DNA of 63,677 bases, filler included, from Octopus bimaculoides (GCF_001194135.2; 7 parts of 5 records of this genome joined end to end with filler, not necessarily neighbours in it), one strand, 5' to 3'; counted from the whole stretch's first letter, positions 23,780-35,583 are shown. The notes: generated by a model from the sequence alone, not told the origin. Numbers and translations are program-made.

Positions 23780-24905
23780 TACAATGCAGACATTGAAATT
23801 AGAGAAGTGGTTCATAATCACCAATGCAAATATTTGGGATTAGACGAGACTGTTAAAGTACAACATGGGAATGAAAGAGAAAATTAGGAAAGAATACTAC
23901 AGAAGAGTTAGACTAGTATTAAAAAGTGAACTATACGCTAGAAATGAAATATGTATCAATACACGTGCCATCCAGTCACAGACTACAGCTTCAAAATAAT
24001 ATACTGAAACATAGGTTAACTGGCAAAAGTTAGATAGAAAAATCAGGAAACTACTGACAGTATACCGAAGCCACTATTCCAAAGCAGATATAAACAGAAT
24101 ATATCTGGCTCACACACAAGTGGGATGTGATCTTATACAAATGGAACACTTCTACAAAATAATACCAGTTGGACTGAACAAATACTTAGAAATAAAGAAG
24201 TGAAGATTCGTATGTGTAATAAAGAAACATGAGAAGACAAATAAAAAACTCTTCTCTATACAAAAGGAAGCGATAAAATTCAAAGCAGAGACTGGCTTCA
24301 GTGAAGCATAAATTTAGATAACAGAAATGGTTAAAAGACAAAAACAAAAAGAAAGAAAAAAGAACAGTATGGGGAACAAAATTACGAAACATATTCGAGA
24401 AAATGGAGAGAAAAATTAGTCTATAGCCAATATATGGGGCTCACAAGACAGATATTTTTTTCTACTGCCGCCCTCCAAAATACTGCTGTTAAGAACAACC
24501 TACATCATGTGTAAAATACTACCAATTCAATAGAATAGTTCAAGATTCAGTAGAATTGTTCAAAAAGAACAATCTTCATACACAACAAACATCCTATACA
24601 ACAAGTATCTAATAATCTAAAACAACACAAGTACAACGTCTACTAGACAAGATTAGGGCCCGATAAAATAACACAACTCATATTACACACACCATCATGC
24701 ATAACATAGCATGCACTAATGTAACAAGAAACAAGAAACTAAGCCCCATAACAAAACAAACAAGTACAGTAAACTAACAGGAGATGCCTACACACCCACA
24801 ATCCCCATAAAATTATAAATACAATACTCCACAAACCTCAGGAAAATGGAGGTGCACCAAATGTGCAGTAGGAACATGCAGAAAACTACTAAAGAAAAAC
24901 TTTAC
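23780..24905 (+). mobile_element. R4/Dong-clade LINE remnant: RT end/thumb, internal deletion, C-terminus and 3' UTR
   Basis: Frameshifted frames read QCKYLGLDE..MKEKIRKEYYRRVRLVLKSEL..KLDRKIRKLLTVYRSHYSKADINRIYL..GCDLIQME. Later, LLRTTYIMCKILPIQ* parallels LLGTARILRKALEI*. It ends in (TAA)n. Confidence 0.75.
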
Positions 24906-24911
24906 AAAATG

Positions 24912-24944
<33 letters not shown>

Positions 24945-24956
24945 GTAATAATAATC

Positions 24957-25005
24957 CTTTCTACTATAGGCACAAGGCTTGACATTTGGGGGAAGGGGGC
25001 TAGTC
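24957..25005 (-). mobile_element. SINE-A 3' tail (cut by gap)
   Basis: ctttctactataggcacaaggcttgacatttggggg. Confidence 0.85.
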
Positions 25006-25877
25006 NNNNNNNNNNNNNNNNNNNNNNNNNNNNNNNNNNNNNNNNNNNNNNNNNNNNNNNNNNNNNNNNNNNNNNNNNNNNNNNNNNNNNNNNNNNNNNN
25101 NNNNNNNNNNNNNNNNNNNNNNNNNNNNNNNNNNNNNNNNNNNNNNNNNNNNNNNNNNNNNNNNNNNNNNNNNNNNNNNNNNNNNNNNNNNNNNNNNNNN
25201 NNNNNNNNNNNNNNNNNNNNNNNNNNNNNNNNNNNNNNNNNNNNNNNNNNNNNNNNNNNNNNNNNNNNNNNNNNNNNNNNNNNNNNNNNNNNNNNNNNNN
25301 NNNNNNNNNNNNNNNNNNNNNNNNNNNNNNNNNNNNNNNNNNNNNNNNNNNNNNNNNNNNNNNNNNNNNNNNNNNNNNNNNNNNNNNNNNNNNNNNNNNN
25401 NNNNNNNNNNNNNNNNNNNNNNNNNNNNNNNNNNNNNNNNNNNNNNNNNNNNNNNNNNNNNNNNNNNNNNNNNNNNNNNNNNNNNNNNNNNNNNNNNNNN
25501 NNNNNNNNNNNNNNNNNNNNNNNNNNNNNNNNNNNNNNNNNNNNNNNNNNNNNNNNNNNNNNNNNNNNNNNNNNNNNNNNNNNNNNNNNNNNNNNNNNNN
25601 NNNNNNNNNNNNNNNNNNNNNNNNNNNNNNNNNNNNNNNNNNNNNNNNNNNNNNNNNNNNNNNNNNNNNNNNNNNNNNNNNNNNNNNNNNNNNNNNNNNN
25701 NNNNNNNNNNNNNNNNNNNNNNNNNNNNNNNNNNNNNNNNNNNNNNNNNNNNNNNNNNNNNNNNNNNNNNNNNNGAACGGCCGGACAAAAAGACCGACCG
25801 CTTTTCCACCGCCGCAGACGTCCCGAAATGGCAATTCCGCCGGCGACGCTGCCGCTCGCCGCGCGTGAACGTGACGG

Positions 25878-25941
25878 GCAGACGAAATACCGCTAAGCAT
25901 TTCGCCCGGCGTGCTAACGATTCTGCTAGCTCGCCGCCTTA
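25878..25941 (-). mobile_element. SINE-A head
   Basis: cagacgaaataccgctaagcatttcgcccggcgtgctaacgattctgctagctcgccgcctt, then (AAT)n. Confidence 0.9.
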
Positions 25942-25984
25942 ATAATAATAATAATAAGAAGAAGAAGAAGAAGACAACAATTAA

Positions 25985-26324
25985 GGGTTATGACTCCCTT
26001 CGGTCACGAATGACCATGGGTTGCATCTAGAGAGTTCCCCTCCGAGGAACAAGTCCGGGTAAGATTGTTTGCGGAAGACCAGCAGTTGCCCGAGCATACC
26101 ACTCAACCCTCTCCACGCCACTGATGTTGTCCAAGGGAAAAGCAAAGGCCGATACAGCTTGGCACCAGTGACGTTGCAACCCATTTCCAAAGATGAATGA
26201 ACAGGAGTAACGTGAAATAAAGTGTCTTGCTCAAGAACACAGCACATAGTCCCATCTGGGAATTGAACTCAAAACCTCTCGTTTGTAAGCCAGATGCTCT
26301 AACCGCTGAGTCACGCGCCCTCAC
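25985..26324 (-). mobile_element. SINE family E (tRNA head, CORE-like domain, hairpin tail)
   Basis: Minus strand: ggcgcgtgactcagcggttagagc...gagttcaattccc, gtgttcttgagcaagacactttatttcac, and a 3' ggtca-ttcg-tgacc stem-loop. Confidence 0.8.
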
Positions 26325-26349
26325 AAGTTAGCAATTATTCCTGTGATAA

Positions 26350-26504
26350 ACGGTGCACTTCAATTTCCGTCTACCAAATCTATTCACAAGGCTTCTGTCG
26401 GCCCAAGGCTATAGGAAACACTTGTCCGAGGTGCCACGCAGTGGGACTGAATCCTGTACCATTTGGTTCAGAACTACACTTTTTACCACACAGCCACGCC
26501 AGCG
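26350..26504 (-). mobile_element. SINE-B 5' half
   Basis: ccgtctaccaaatc..gtgccacgcagtgggactga..ttaccacacagccacgcc. Confidence 0.9.
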
Positions 26505-27019
26505 AAATTCCCAGATATGTTGTTTTATTGCTTTCTTTCATAGTTATTTATAGCTGTCCATTTTTTCACACGAATTTTTCATCCTCACACACCCCTTCAT
26601 TTTGTATAACTTTTGTTTTTCGAAACCCACACATTTTCTAACGCTTAATATTTTGCATGGATGAACGAACTGTACGAAATAAAACGAATAATTATTATTG
26701 CCATCATCATCATCCTGATGTTTTCATATTTAATCAAGAATCTTTGCTAAAAATACAGAACGGCTTCGTCCTCGTGAGAAGCAGTGAGAGGTGTTTGCTA
26801 TAGTGGTAGTAAACACTAATCTACGCAAATACACTTCTTGATAAAATCGAGTGGCAAAAAAATTAATACAGATTGTAAAAAAAATAAGACAAACAGAAAA
26901 AGGAGAAGAAAACTAACAGCAAACAAACAAATGTCGCAAGTATTACAAGCAAACTAATAATATAATGAACTTGTCAAAAACAAAAATAACATTAATTTTT
27001 TAGCATGGCGAGTCAATAA

Positions 27020-27913
27020 AATTGTCTGAATGTAGGTGATCTCAATGGAAAACAAATAACCTGATTGAAGTGTATGAGGAGGACAGAGTCTTCTTGCCTG
27101 AGCGACATACAAATATCAGCTGAGAAATTCCATTGCCCCAGCAATATTACCAAGTGCACAACTGACTGCAGGTCAGAAAACTCGTTCGCCTTCAATTCCA
27201 AAAGTCGACTGTCAAGAGGCTACTCTTCTATCCCAAACCCGCGGTGCTATTTATCCTCTAACGACAATTTACAGAATATGAAGAGTGAGAAGAAGTATCA
27301 TACTATTGGAGACATAACAAAAAGGTGAAAAAAAACGGGTTCCCCAAATGAAAAGCTTTACTCATAGTGAAAGCTACAAGATCATGCTTTTCCAGGACAT
27401 GTTTTTCACGATTGAGCAAAGCACCAATTCTTTTCTCAAGGATATAATGGAAGGCCTCAAGCAAAACGATAAGGATGAGCTACTTTGAGTGCATTAAGCC
27501 TTAACATGAACAGTAACAGGCAGTGAGAAGGTAAACAAAATGTGTTAGGAGCATCTCATTTCTCACCATGTCATAAATCAGGAGAATTACTAAAAGAAAT
27601 TCTAAACGAACTGCAGGAAGCAGGAATAACATGTTCACTGAGAAGGAGATAGGTTAAGAATTAAAGACTCTTAATGAAAAACATTCGACTAAACTATGGA
27701 CTATTAATGTGCTATTTTCTACAAGATTTGGGAGATCTCTTGTCCAGTCAAAAACCAATAATAGTCACAAGTAATTTTAAATATAATAATTTCAAAGCGT
27801 GCCAAGAGACTAATGTCGCTGGATGTTTTGATTCAATTTTGCTGGCTGGTTTTCACCCTTATGTGGGTAGGTTACCCCATCTGACTTCATGGTATCTTTT
27901 CCAATTATTGTGA
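27020..27913 (+). pseudogene. Decayed coding-like remnant, possibly hAT-type transposase
   Basis: ~900 bp of non-repetitive sequence with long stop-interrupted frames, e.g. CHKSGELLKEILNELQEAGI...KPIIVTSNFKYNNFKAC...GCFDSILL. These loosely resemble the hAT motifs HTG..I...L.E.GI, vtDna.n..kA and CfaH. Confidence 0.3.
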
Positions 27914-28049
27914 ATTTCTCTACAAGTGTCTATTTATTCTGCACTTAATTTACAAAGTTTTAAAATCTCCCATTATTTATTGCTCAACGTCTTCGAACCT
28001 TCACTTTTATATGTTGTTGTTTTGTCTGTCTTCCTATGGTTATGACCCC

Positions 28050-28286
28050 CCTTTTTTTTTGCCCTTTCAAAGCCTACCCAGGCTCATGGGCCCGGTTTCC
28101 CAGTTTCTATGGCGTATGTGTTCACTCCAGCTGGACGGGACGCCAGTCCATCGCAGCGTTACTCAAGAAACAGGAAGCTCTAGGTGTTTTCGCTCAATAA
28201 ACACTCATAACGCCTGGTCTGGGAATTGAAACCGCAATCCTCCGACCGCAAGTCCGCTGCCCTAACGACTGGGCCATTGCGCCTCC
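28050..28286 (-). mobile_element. SINE family C, short variant, poly(A) tail, 10-bp TSD
   Basis: TSD TTATGACCCC at 28040-28049 and 28287-28296. Head ggaggcgcaatggcccagtcgttagggcagcgg. Confidence 0.92.
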
Positions 28287-28350
28287 TTATGACCCCTACG
28301 TATCACGTTTTTTATATCATATGTGTAAAAGGAGTCTGGTAACAATAATT

Positions 28351-28562
28351 CTTTCTACTATAGGCAAATGGCCTGAAATTTGGGGGCAGGGGCTAATCGA
28401 TTACATTTATCTCAATACATGACTGGTATTTATTTAATCGACCCCGAAAGGATGAAAGGCGAAGTCTTCCTCGACGAAATTTGAGCTCAGAACATGAATC
28501 CAGGTGAAATGCAGCTAAGCATTTTGTCCGGCGTGCTAACGATTCTACCAGTTCACCACCTT
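28351..28562 (-). mobile_element. SINE family A, full length
   Basis: Complete antisense tail, core and head. Confidence 0.9.
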
Positions 28563-28594
28563 TCTGATAGCAATAATAAAAGAAAGGTTTATTA

Positions 28595-28757
28595 GGCGTA
28601 GGTATGGCCATGTGATTAAGAAGCTCGGTGTGTAACCTCGTTGTTTCAGGTTCAATACCATTGCACAGCACCTTGGACAAAACTTTTTCTACGATAGATC
28701 CGAACCGACTAATGACTTGTGGGTGAACTTAGTAGGCAGAATCTATGTGGAAGCCCA

Positions 28758-28790
<33 letters not shown>

Positions 28791-29380
28791 TAAGTGTGTG
28801 TGCATATCTGTGCCACCACCACCACTTGACCACTTAGTCTGTTTAAGCCCCTGTAAGATAGCGGTTCAATATAACAGACCGATAGTGGAGGCGCAATGGC
28901 CCAGTGGTTAGGGCAGCGGACTCGCGGTCATAGGATCGTAGTTTCGATTCCCAGACCGGGCGTTGTGAGTGTTTATTGAGCGAAAACACCTAAAGCTCCA
29001 CGAGGCTCCAGCAGGGGATGGTGGCGAACCCTGCTGTACTCTTTCACCACAACTTTCTCTCACTCTTACTTCCTGTTTCTGTCGTGCTTGTAATTCAAAG
29101 GGTCAGCCTTGTCACACTGTGCCACGCTGAATATCCCCCGAGAACTACATTAAGGGTACACGTGTCTGTGGAGTGCTCAGCCACTTGAACGTTAATTTCA
29201 CGAGCAGGCTGTTCCGTTGATCGGATCAACTGGAATCCTCGACGTCGTAAGCGACGGAGTGCCAACAACAACAACAACAACAACAACAGACCGATAGGAT
29301 AAGTAGGATACTTGAAAACAAATTTCCTCGGGTCGATATCTAAGCGTAGCCTTTCACAATAACTGGAACAAGTAAAATAT
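28595..29380 (+). mobile_element. Old SINE-B split by a younger SINE-C insertion
   Basis: B head and body lie at 28595-28885, and the B remainder resumes after 29297. Confidence 0.75.
28886..29284 (+). mobile_element. SINE family C, long variant, (CAA)n tail, 13-bp TSD
   Basis: TSD AACAGACCGATAG at 28873-28885 and 29285-29297. Confidence 0.93.
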
Positions 29381-29763
29381 AGAAGATTCCTATTCCTATC
29401 ATTATTGTTGTTGGCGCCGTTGTTGCTGCTAGTGTTGCTGTTAGAACTATTAGTAAAGTTCTCACTCTCAGTAAATTTCGCGAAAGATGAGTATGACGAG
29501 TGTCATGCGATTGAGTGGTTCATCTGTCAGGTTTTGTTTGTACATTGATAGCAGGAAGAAATCACCTGCCTTTTTACAGTAATCAGATCTCTATGGAGAT
29601 ACCAGAAAAACCATTTGAGTATTTGTAAAATCCATTATAATAACATAGGTACCATTTCTGTACCTACTAAAGAACTTGTACGTCGTACCTCTTACAATGA
29701 GCAACCAAATCGCTGTCAAATTTTAACCTACGTGTTAAAAAAATGCGAATATGCTCAATAAAG

Positions 29764-29892
29764 TAGGCGCAGGCCTGGCTGTGCGGTAGGGAGCTTGCTT
29801 CCTAAGCAAATACTTACGGGTTCAGTCGTACTGAGTGGCACCTTGGATAAGTGTCTTCTACTACAGCCTCGGGCCCACCAAGGCCTTGTGAG
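29764..29892 (+). mobile_element. SINE-B 5' part (cut by join)
   Basis: ggcgcaggcctggctgtgcggtagg...ggcaccttggataagtgtcttctact. Confidence 0.85.
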
Positions 29893-29992
29893 NNNNNNNN
29901 NNNNNNNNNNNNNNNNNNNNNNNNNNNNNNNNNNNNTTAATTAATTAANNNNNNNNNNNNNNNNNNNNNNNNNNNNNNNNNNNNNNNNNNNN
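29893..29992. other. Artificial assembly join
   Basis: N44-TTAATTAATTAA-N44. Confidence 0.95.
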
Positions 29993-30123
29993 ATTGGTAA
30001 ACCTGTAACCAGCGACGCTACTTTTCCAGCATCGGCCAACGACAGAAATAAACATTTCACCCCCACCCCACCTCGTTCACTAAGTCTTGGTTTTTATTCC
30101 AGCTTGTATGTATATGTGTGTGT

Positions 30124-30154
<31 letters not shown>

Positions 30155-30460
30155 CGTCGGAAGTTTTTCAAGTTATTTTTTCCGAAGCTCTTAAAAACTA
30201 TCACAAAGGTGTGTGGTGTTTGAGGGGGGGGAGCGCGCACGCGAATGCGGCACAATAAGTATGCGAGTGCGAGTAACATTGTGTGTAAGGGAGACAGAGA
30301 TGGCTGTGTGACTGTGAATGTATGTGTGAGAAGGAGGGAGAGTATGTGTGTGTGAATGTGTTTCTCTGCCTGTGAGTGGGTGGCGGCTACATGTATGTGT
30401 GGTAGTGTTATAAGCGGACACACAGTAGGGCGGGAGAAACCGCTTATTGTGATCGCTTTA
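29993..30460. mobile_element. Possible Helitron-like non-autonomous fragment
   Basis: Ends with a taagcgg...ccgctta hairpin at ~30410-30447. The family call is from recollection only. Confidence 0.25.
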
Positions 30461-30626
30461 AGGCAAACAGTGTTAGATAGTAATAACCGGCTGAAAACAA
30501 TGTCAAGGATCCACTAATTTTAATTCAATAACATTAACCATGATAATAATAAGCGGGATTGTCACTTGTCACTTTATTACATAAATCTATCGTCGTGTAT
30601 TCAAAGAGACAGATCGATCGATCGAT

Positions 30627-30684
<58 letters not shown>

Positions 30685-31222
30685 NNNNNNNNNNNNNNNN
30701 NNNNNNNNNNNNNNNNNNNNNNNNNNNNNNNNNNNNNNNNNNNNNNNNNNNNNNNNNNNNNNNNNNNNNNNNNNNNNNNNNNNNNNNNNNNNNNNNNNNN
30801 NNNNNNNNNNNNNNNNNNNNNNNNNNNNNNNNNNNNNNNNNNNNNNNNNNNNNNNNNNNNNNNNNNNNNNNNNNNNNNNNNNNNNNNNNNNNNNNNNNNN
30901 NNNNNNNNNNNNNNNNNNNNNNNNNNNNNNNNNNNNNNNNNNNNNNNNNNNNNNNNNNNNNNNNNNNNNNNNNNNNNNNNNNNNNNNNNNNNNNNNNNNN
31001 NNNNNNNNNNNNNNNNNNNNNNNNNNNNNNNNNNNNNNNNNNNNNNNNNNNNNNNNNNNNNNNNNNNNNNNNNNNNNNNNNNNNNNNNNNNNNNNNNNNN
31101 NNNNNNNNNNNNNNNNNNNNNNNNNNNNNNNNNNNNNNNNNNNNNNNNNNNNNNNNNNNNNNNNNNNNNNNNNNNNNNNNNNNNNNNNNNNNNNNNNNNN
31201 NNNNNNNNNNNNNNNNNNNNNN

Positions 31223-31256
<34 letters not shown>

Positions 31257-31348
31257 ATATTTTCGTATACACATATATATATTGATACATAACAGTAATA
31301 TATATATATATACACATATTTGATTACACACACACACATATACATATT

Positions 31349-31411
<63 letters not shown>

Positions 31412-31439
31412 AATATATAGACAGATAGACAGACAGGGG

Positions 31440-31477
<38 letters not shown>

Positions 31478-31741
31478 CAGATAGATAGATTGTACGGGCA
31501 TATATTTATATATATTATGTAAAATAGCAAGCTAGCTACCTGGTTAGATAGAGAGAGAGAGAGGGACAGAGAGTGAGTGAGAGAGAAAGGTAAAGAGAAC
31601 TCAGTACCTAAAACGGAATAACAGTTGCTCAAGAGCTTGTAGTTTCGTTCCACTTTACTATTCTACAGCCTGGAGACTAAGAAAAGGTGACAAAATTCTA
31701 TACATGTAAAGTGTGTGTGTCTGAGAGCGTGTGTTTATGTG

Positions 31742-31815
<74 letters not shown>

Positions 31816-31960
31816 TGATCCTTTCTTCCTTAGCTAATAATAATTCATGTATGCGTGTGTGCGTTTGTGGGTGTCTTATTTAGTTTTCACGCACGTGCTT
31901 GAACGATGGAATATGCTGGTCGTAGTGACAGACGGAGTCGATATGTTTACATGCATGCAA

Positions 31961-31992
<32 letters not shown>

Positions 31993-32083
31993 CATGTGCG
32001 TGTACGTGTGTGTATGTGCGTGTTTCCGTATTGTTATTTATAAGCGTATATAAATATAATACCTATATGTATGGGTTTGAATG

Positions 32084-32114
<31 letters not shown>

Positions 32115-32592
32115 GCACGCATGCATTATACGCACTCACACATACACCATATACGCTCATATATCGATATATACACTCCATAGTTGTAAATGACCACAAT
32201 AAACATACAAGTTTGTATATTTGTGTGCGTATATATAAGTATATATCGCTATTTTAAATATTTGTAATTAACTTTCAACACGAGTGCATATAAACAGTGT
32301 ATGTGTGTGTGTATATGTGTGTGTATAGAGAAAACTAAATAGATGGAGAGAGAGAGGGAGAGAGAGAGAGCGGAAAGAAGAAAGAGAGGAGAGAGAGGAC
32401 GTCCGTGGAACCGTAGTTTATGTTTGTTGTGTATAAATGTAAGAACAGCGTTAAGAAGTGGGAGAAGTGGAGGTGTGCGCCTTGCAGAGTGTGTTTCTAT
32501 AAACATTGGAACGGTTTTATATTGTATAATACACACACACACACACACATATATATAGATATACACACAAACACATATATATGTGAATTAGT

Positions 32593-32632
<40 letters not shown>

Positions 32633-32659
32633 AGGCAGATATAAATATATACGATTAAC

Positions 32660-33134
32660 ATACTATAAAGCACCATTCATTTTTCTGCCGATTCCTTGTT
32701 CTGTCCACATGTTTCAAGGGCTGTCGCATGGCCGTGGCCGTGGCCATGGCGGTGGTGGCGGCGGCAGCAGTAGTAGCAGTAGTAGTTCCACTTGTTGTTA
32801 CTCTTGCAGACCACGCTACCGTTGTTATTTGCTGTAGTAGTAGGCGTAACAGTAACGGAGGTAGTGGTGTTGCTGTTGCTGTTGGTGGTGGTGGTGGTCG
32901 CACATGTTGCTGTTGTTTGATCGTAGCAGTTACTGTTGTAATTGTTGTTGCTGTTGCTTGACCCAAGGTCAGCCCCAATCAAGCTGATCTATGATCAGCA
33001 GGGTTCCAACCACGACCATCTCGTCCTTCTAATGATATATCTTGGTTTACATCGTCGTGGTTTTTTCAAGACGATACCCAGGAGGGAGAGTTGTCCGATA
33101 TTTTTCGTGAATGCATTGACCAGGTACAAGCTTC

Positions 33135-33205
<71 letters not shown>

Positions 33206-33390
33206 CAGCAGCAGCAGCAGTTCCACTCGGTGGCCGTCCCTCAGCTGAGTGGAAGCTGGAAGGCGGGTTCCCCTCTACACGAATACTCTGGTTGTATTAT
33301 TCCGTAGTAAAACACATTTTGACGGATTGCTCGGCCGCACCACCTGCAGCAGCAGTCGCAGCAGCAGTCGCAGCAGCAGTTGCAGCAGCT

Positions 33391-33461
<71 letters not shown>

Positions 33462-33534
33462 TACTTTTGTTGTTGTTCTGTCCAGCCCATTCTTTAGATT
33501 GGTAGAAAAACGTGCTGATGGCAAACTTTCCTCA

Positions 33535-33540
<6 letters not shown>
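32660..33540. other. CpG- and triplet-repeat-rich island; candidate exon or UTR of an unidentified gene
   Basis: One + frame is open from 32995 into the (CT)n tract at ~33540. It mixes AGT, GCA and GGT triplet tracts with unique sequence. No recognisable domain. Confidence 0.35.
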
Positions 33541-33578
<38 letters not shown>

Positions 33579-34155
33579 GCCTCTTTTCCTTCCTCATTCC
33601 TCTACTCCTACTCTGCTACCTCCTCCCACAGCTGTTCCTGCTTTTCTCGCTGCCTCTAGTTTTCTTTCCCCTTCTCTTTTTATTTCTCTTTCTTTCTCCC
33701 TCANNNNNNNNNNNNNNNNNNNNNNNNNNNNNNNNNNNNNNNNNNNNNNNNNNNNNNNNNNNNNNNNNNNNNNNNNNNNNNNNNNNNNNNNNNNNNNNNN
33801 NNNNNNNNNNNNNNNNNNNNNNNNNNNNNNNNNNNNNNNNNNNNNNNNNNNNNNNNNNNNNNNNNNNNNNNNNNNNNNNNNNNNNNNNNNNNNNNNNNNN
33901 NNNNNNNNNNNNNNNNNNNNNNNNNNNNNNNNNNNNNNNNNNNNNNNNNNNNNNNNNNNNNNNNNNNNNNNNNNNNNNNNNNNNNNNNNNNNNNNNNNNN
34001 NNNNNNNNNNNNNNNNNNNNNNNNNNNNNNNNNNNNNNNNNNNNNNNNNNNNNNNNNNNNNNNNNNNNNNNNNNNNNNNNNNNNNNNNNNNNNNNNNNNN
34101 NNNNNNNNNNNNNNNNNNNNNNNNNNNNNNNNNNNNNNNNNNNNNNNNNNNNNNN

Positions 34156-34222
<67 letters not shown>

Positions 34223-34816
34223 TCTCACTTCAGAACTGTTTTGATAACTTTGCACTAAACCCCATTCTTTTATTCCTTTATTCCTTTATCCTTTTATTCT
34301 CTAATCCTTCATTTTCTATATATTTTATTCTTCGTATTTTTTGGCCTTTTTTTATTGTTTCATTCATTGTTTTTTCTTTCACTTATTCATAAACTCAGTC
34401 ATTTTATTACTTTCGTTCTTACCTTCTATTAAATTTTCATTCATTTCATTCCCAGAATCTTCTACATATTCCATATTCCTCATTCCGTACAAACTTTCAT
34501 TCTTTTATTCATTTTCTTATTTCTATTCGTTCTGTCATTAATACATATACGAGTGTTTCATTCATTCTTAAACTTATTCTCCCATTCTTTCATTTAATCT
34601 TCACGTATATTCTTTCATCCCTTTACATGGTCTTTTACTCATTAACTCACTTTCATCCAACATTGTTTGAAAATGTTCTGCTACTTTTAATGTAATTGAA
34701 CTGTCGACCCTCAGGTTCATTTCGTTTCTTTCTCTTCTCCTTCCAGCCGATCGATGAATGACTCTCCTGCTTACATTTAGCTTCTCTGTATTTATTTATT
34801 ATTATATAGAAAATCG

Positions 34817-34879
<63 letters not shown>

Positions 34880-35176
34880 GAGTGGGAGAGCAGCGTATGC
34901 CATCAAGAATAAACTGGGGTATAAATATACGAAGCCCACTATACCCATCATGACTACCCGTCTGATAAGGGTACACCAGGCACATACATCACAACCATAC
35001 GTGCAAGACATGCTGATTTCATATCAAGATAAACAGTGTATGGCCTCAAAAGGTCCCTGAATAAGGTGTGTTTAAGGATGTTGAGCAAAACACCTGTGTT
35101 TCCAGAGGTGAATTATCCAAACCCCAAAGAATTCCTCTCAACATATGGCTGTGATGCTCCCCCACTACTTCTACCC
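34880..35176 (-). mobile_element. Repeat X (3' part) with (TAA)n tail
   Basis: Abuts (TTA)n at 34817-34879 and overlaps the X copies at 11049-11447 and 47572-47975 in sequence. Confidence 0.85.
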
Positions 35177-35199
35177 CTACGATTGTAATATCTGGGCTA

Positions 35200-35505
35200 T
35201 TATAACTTCTTGCTCTTTTGAAGAGGAAAGTCCAACAAAATCTTACATTTCTCTGACCCCAGGACTCTTTCGACTCGATGATTGTACCATGTGTTTCCAG
35301 TTTTAAGTCCCCATTTCTGGCACAGTCTCCAGCGTAAAACTTTTACAGCCTGGTCGTGCCTCCATTTCTTATATTCTTCCTGTGCCAAATTCAGGGCATT
35401 CTGCCGCAATGTGTGCCATTGTCTCCTTCCAAGTTCTACAGACTCAACATTTTTCTGGCACATTCTCTCCATATATACTTTTTCTCAAGTTGTTGGTTTT
35501 TATCG
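35200..35505 (-). mobile_element. R4/Dong-clade LINE fragment (zinc-knuckle to RLE linker)
   Basis: RMCQKNVESV...LAQEEYKKWRHDQAVKVLRWRLCQKWGL...WYNHRVERVLGSEKCKILLDFPLQ matches the C.....E...H...C.....Y..RH..V...HW.L...KILWDF pattern of RLE-bearing LINEs. Confidence 0.85.
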
Positions 35506-35527
35506 CTTGATATTGGGCGCATTTAAA

Positions 35528-35573
<46 letters not shown>

Positions 35574-35583
35574 NNNNNNNNNN

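Noticed and set aside
29472-29530. NFAKDEYDECHAIEWFICQ, resembling a C-type lectin C-terminus
   Set aside because: The W-x-D-x-x-C spacing is not met, splice sites are weak, and no other lectin exon was found.
29595-29630. IPEKPFEY, resembling a C2H2 zinc-finger linker
   Set aside because: There are no flanking Cys/His ligands and the frame stops immediately.
34715-34780. Strong polypyrimidine acceptor at 34746
   Set aside because: All three frames stop within 12 codons and there is no donor. The surrounding 500 bp is uniformly pyrimidine-rich, so the tract is uninformative.
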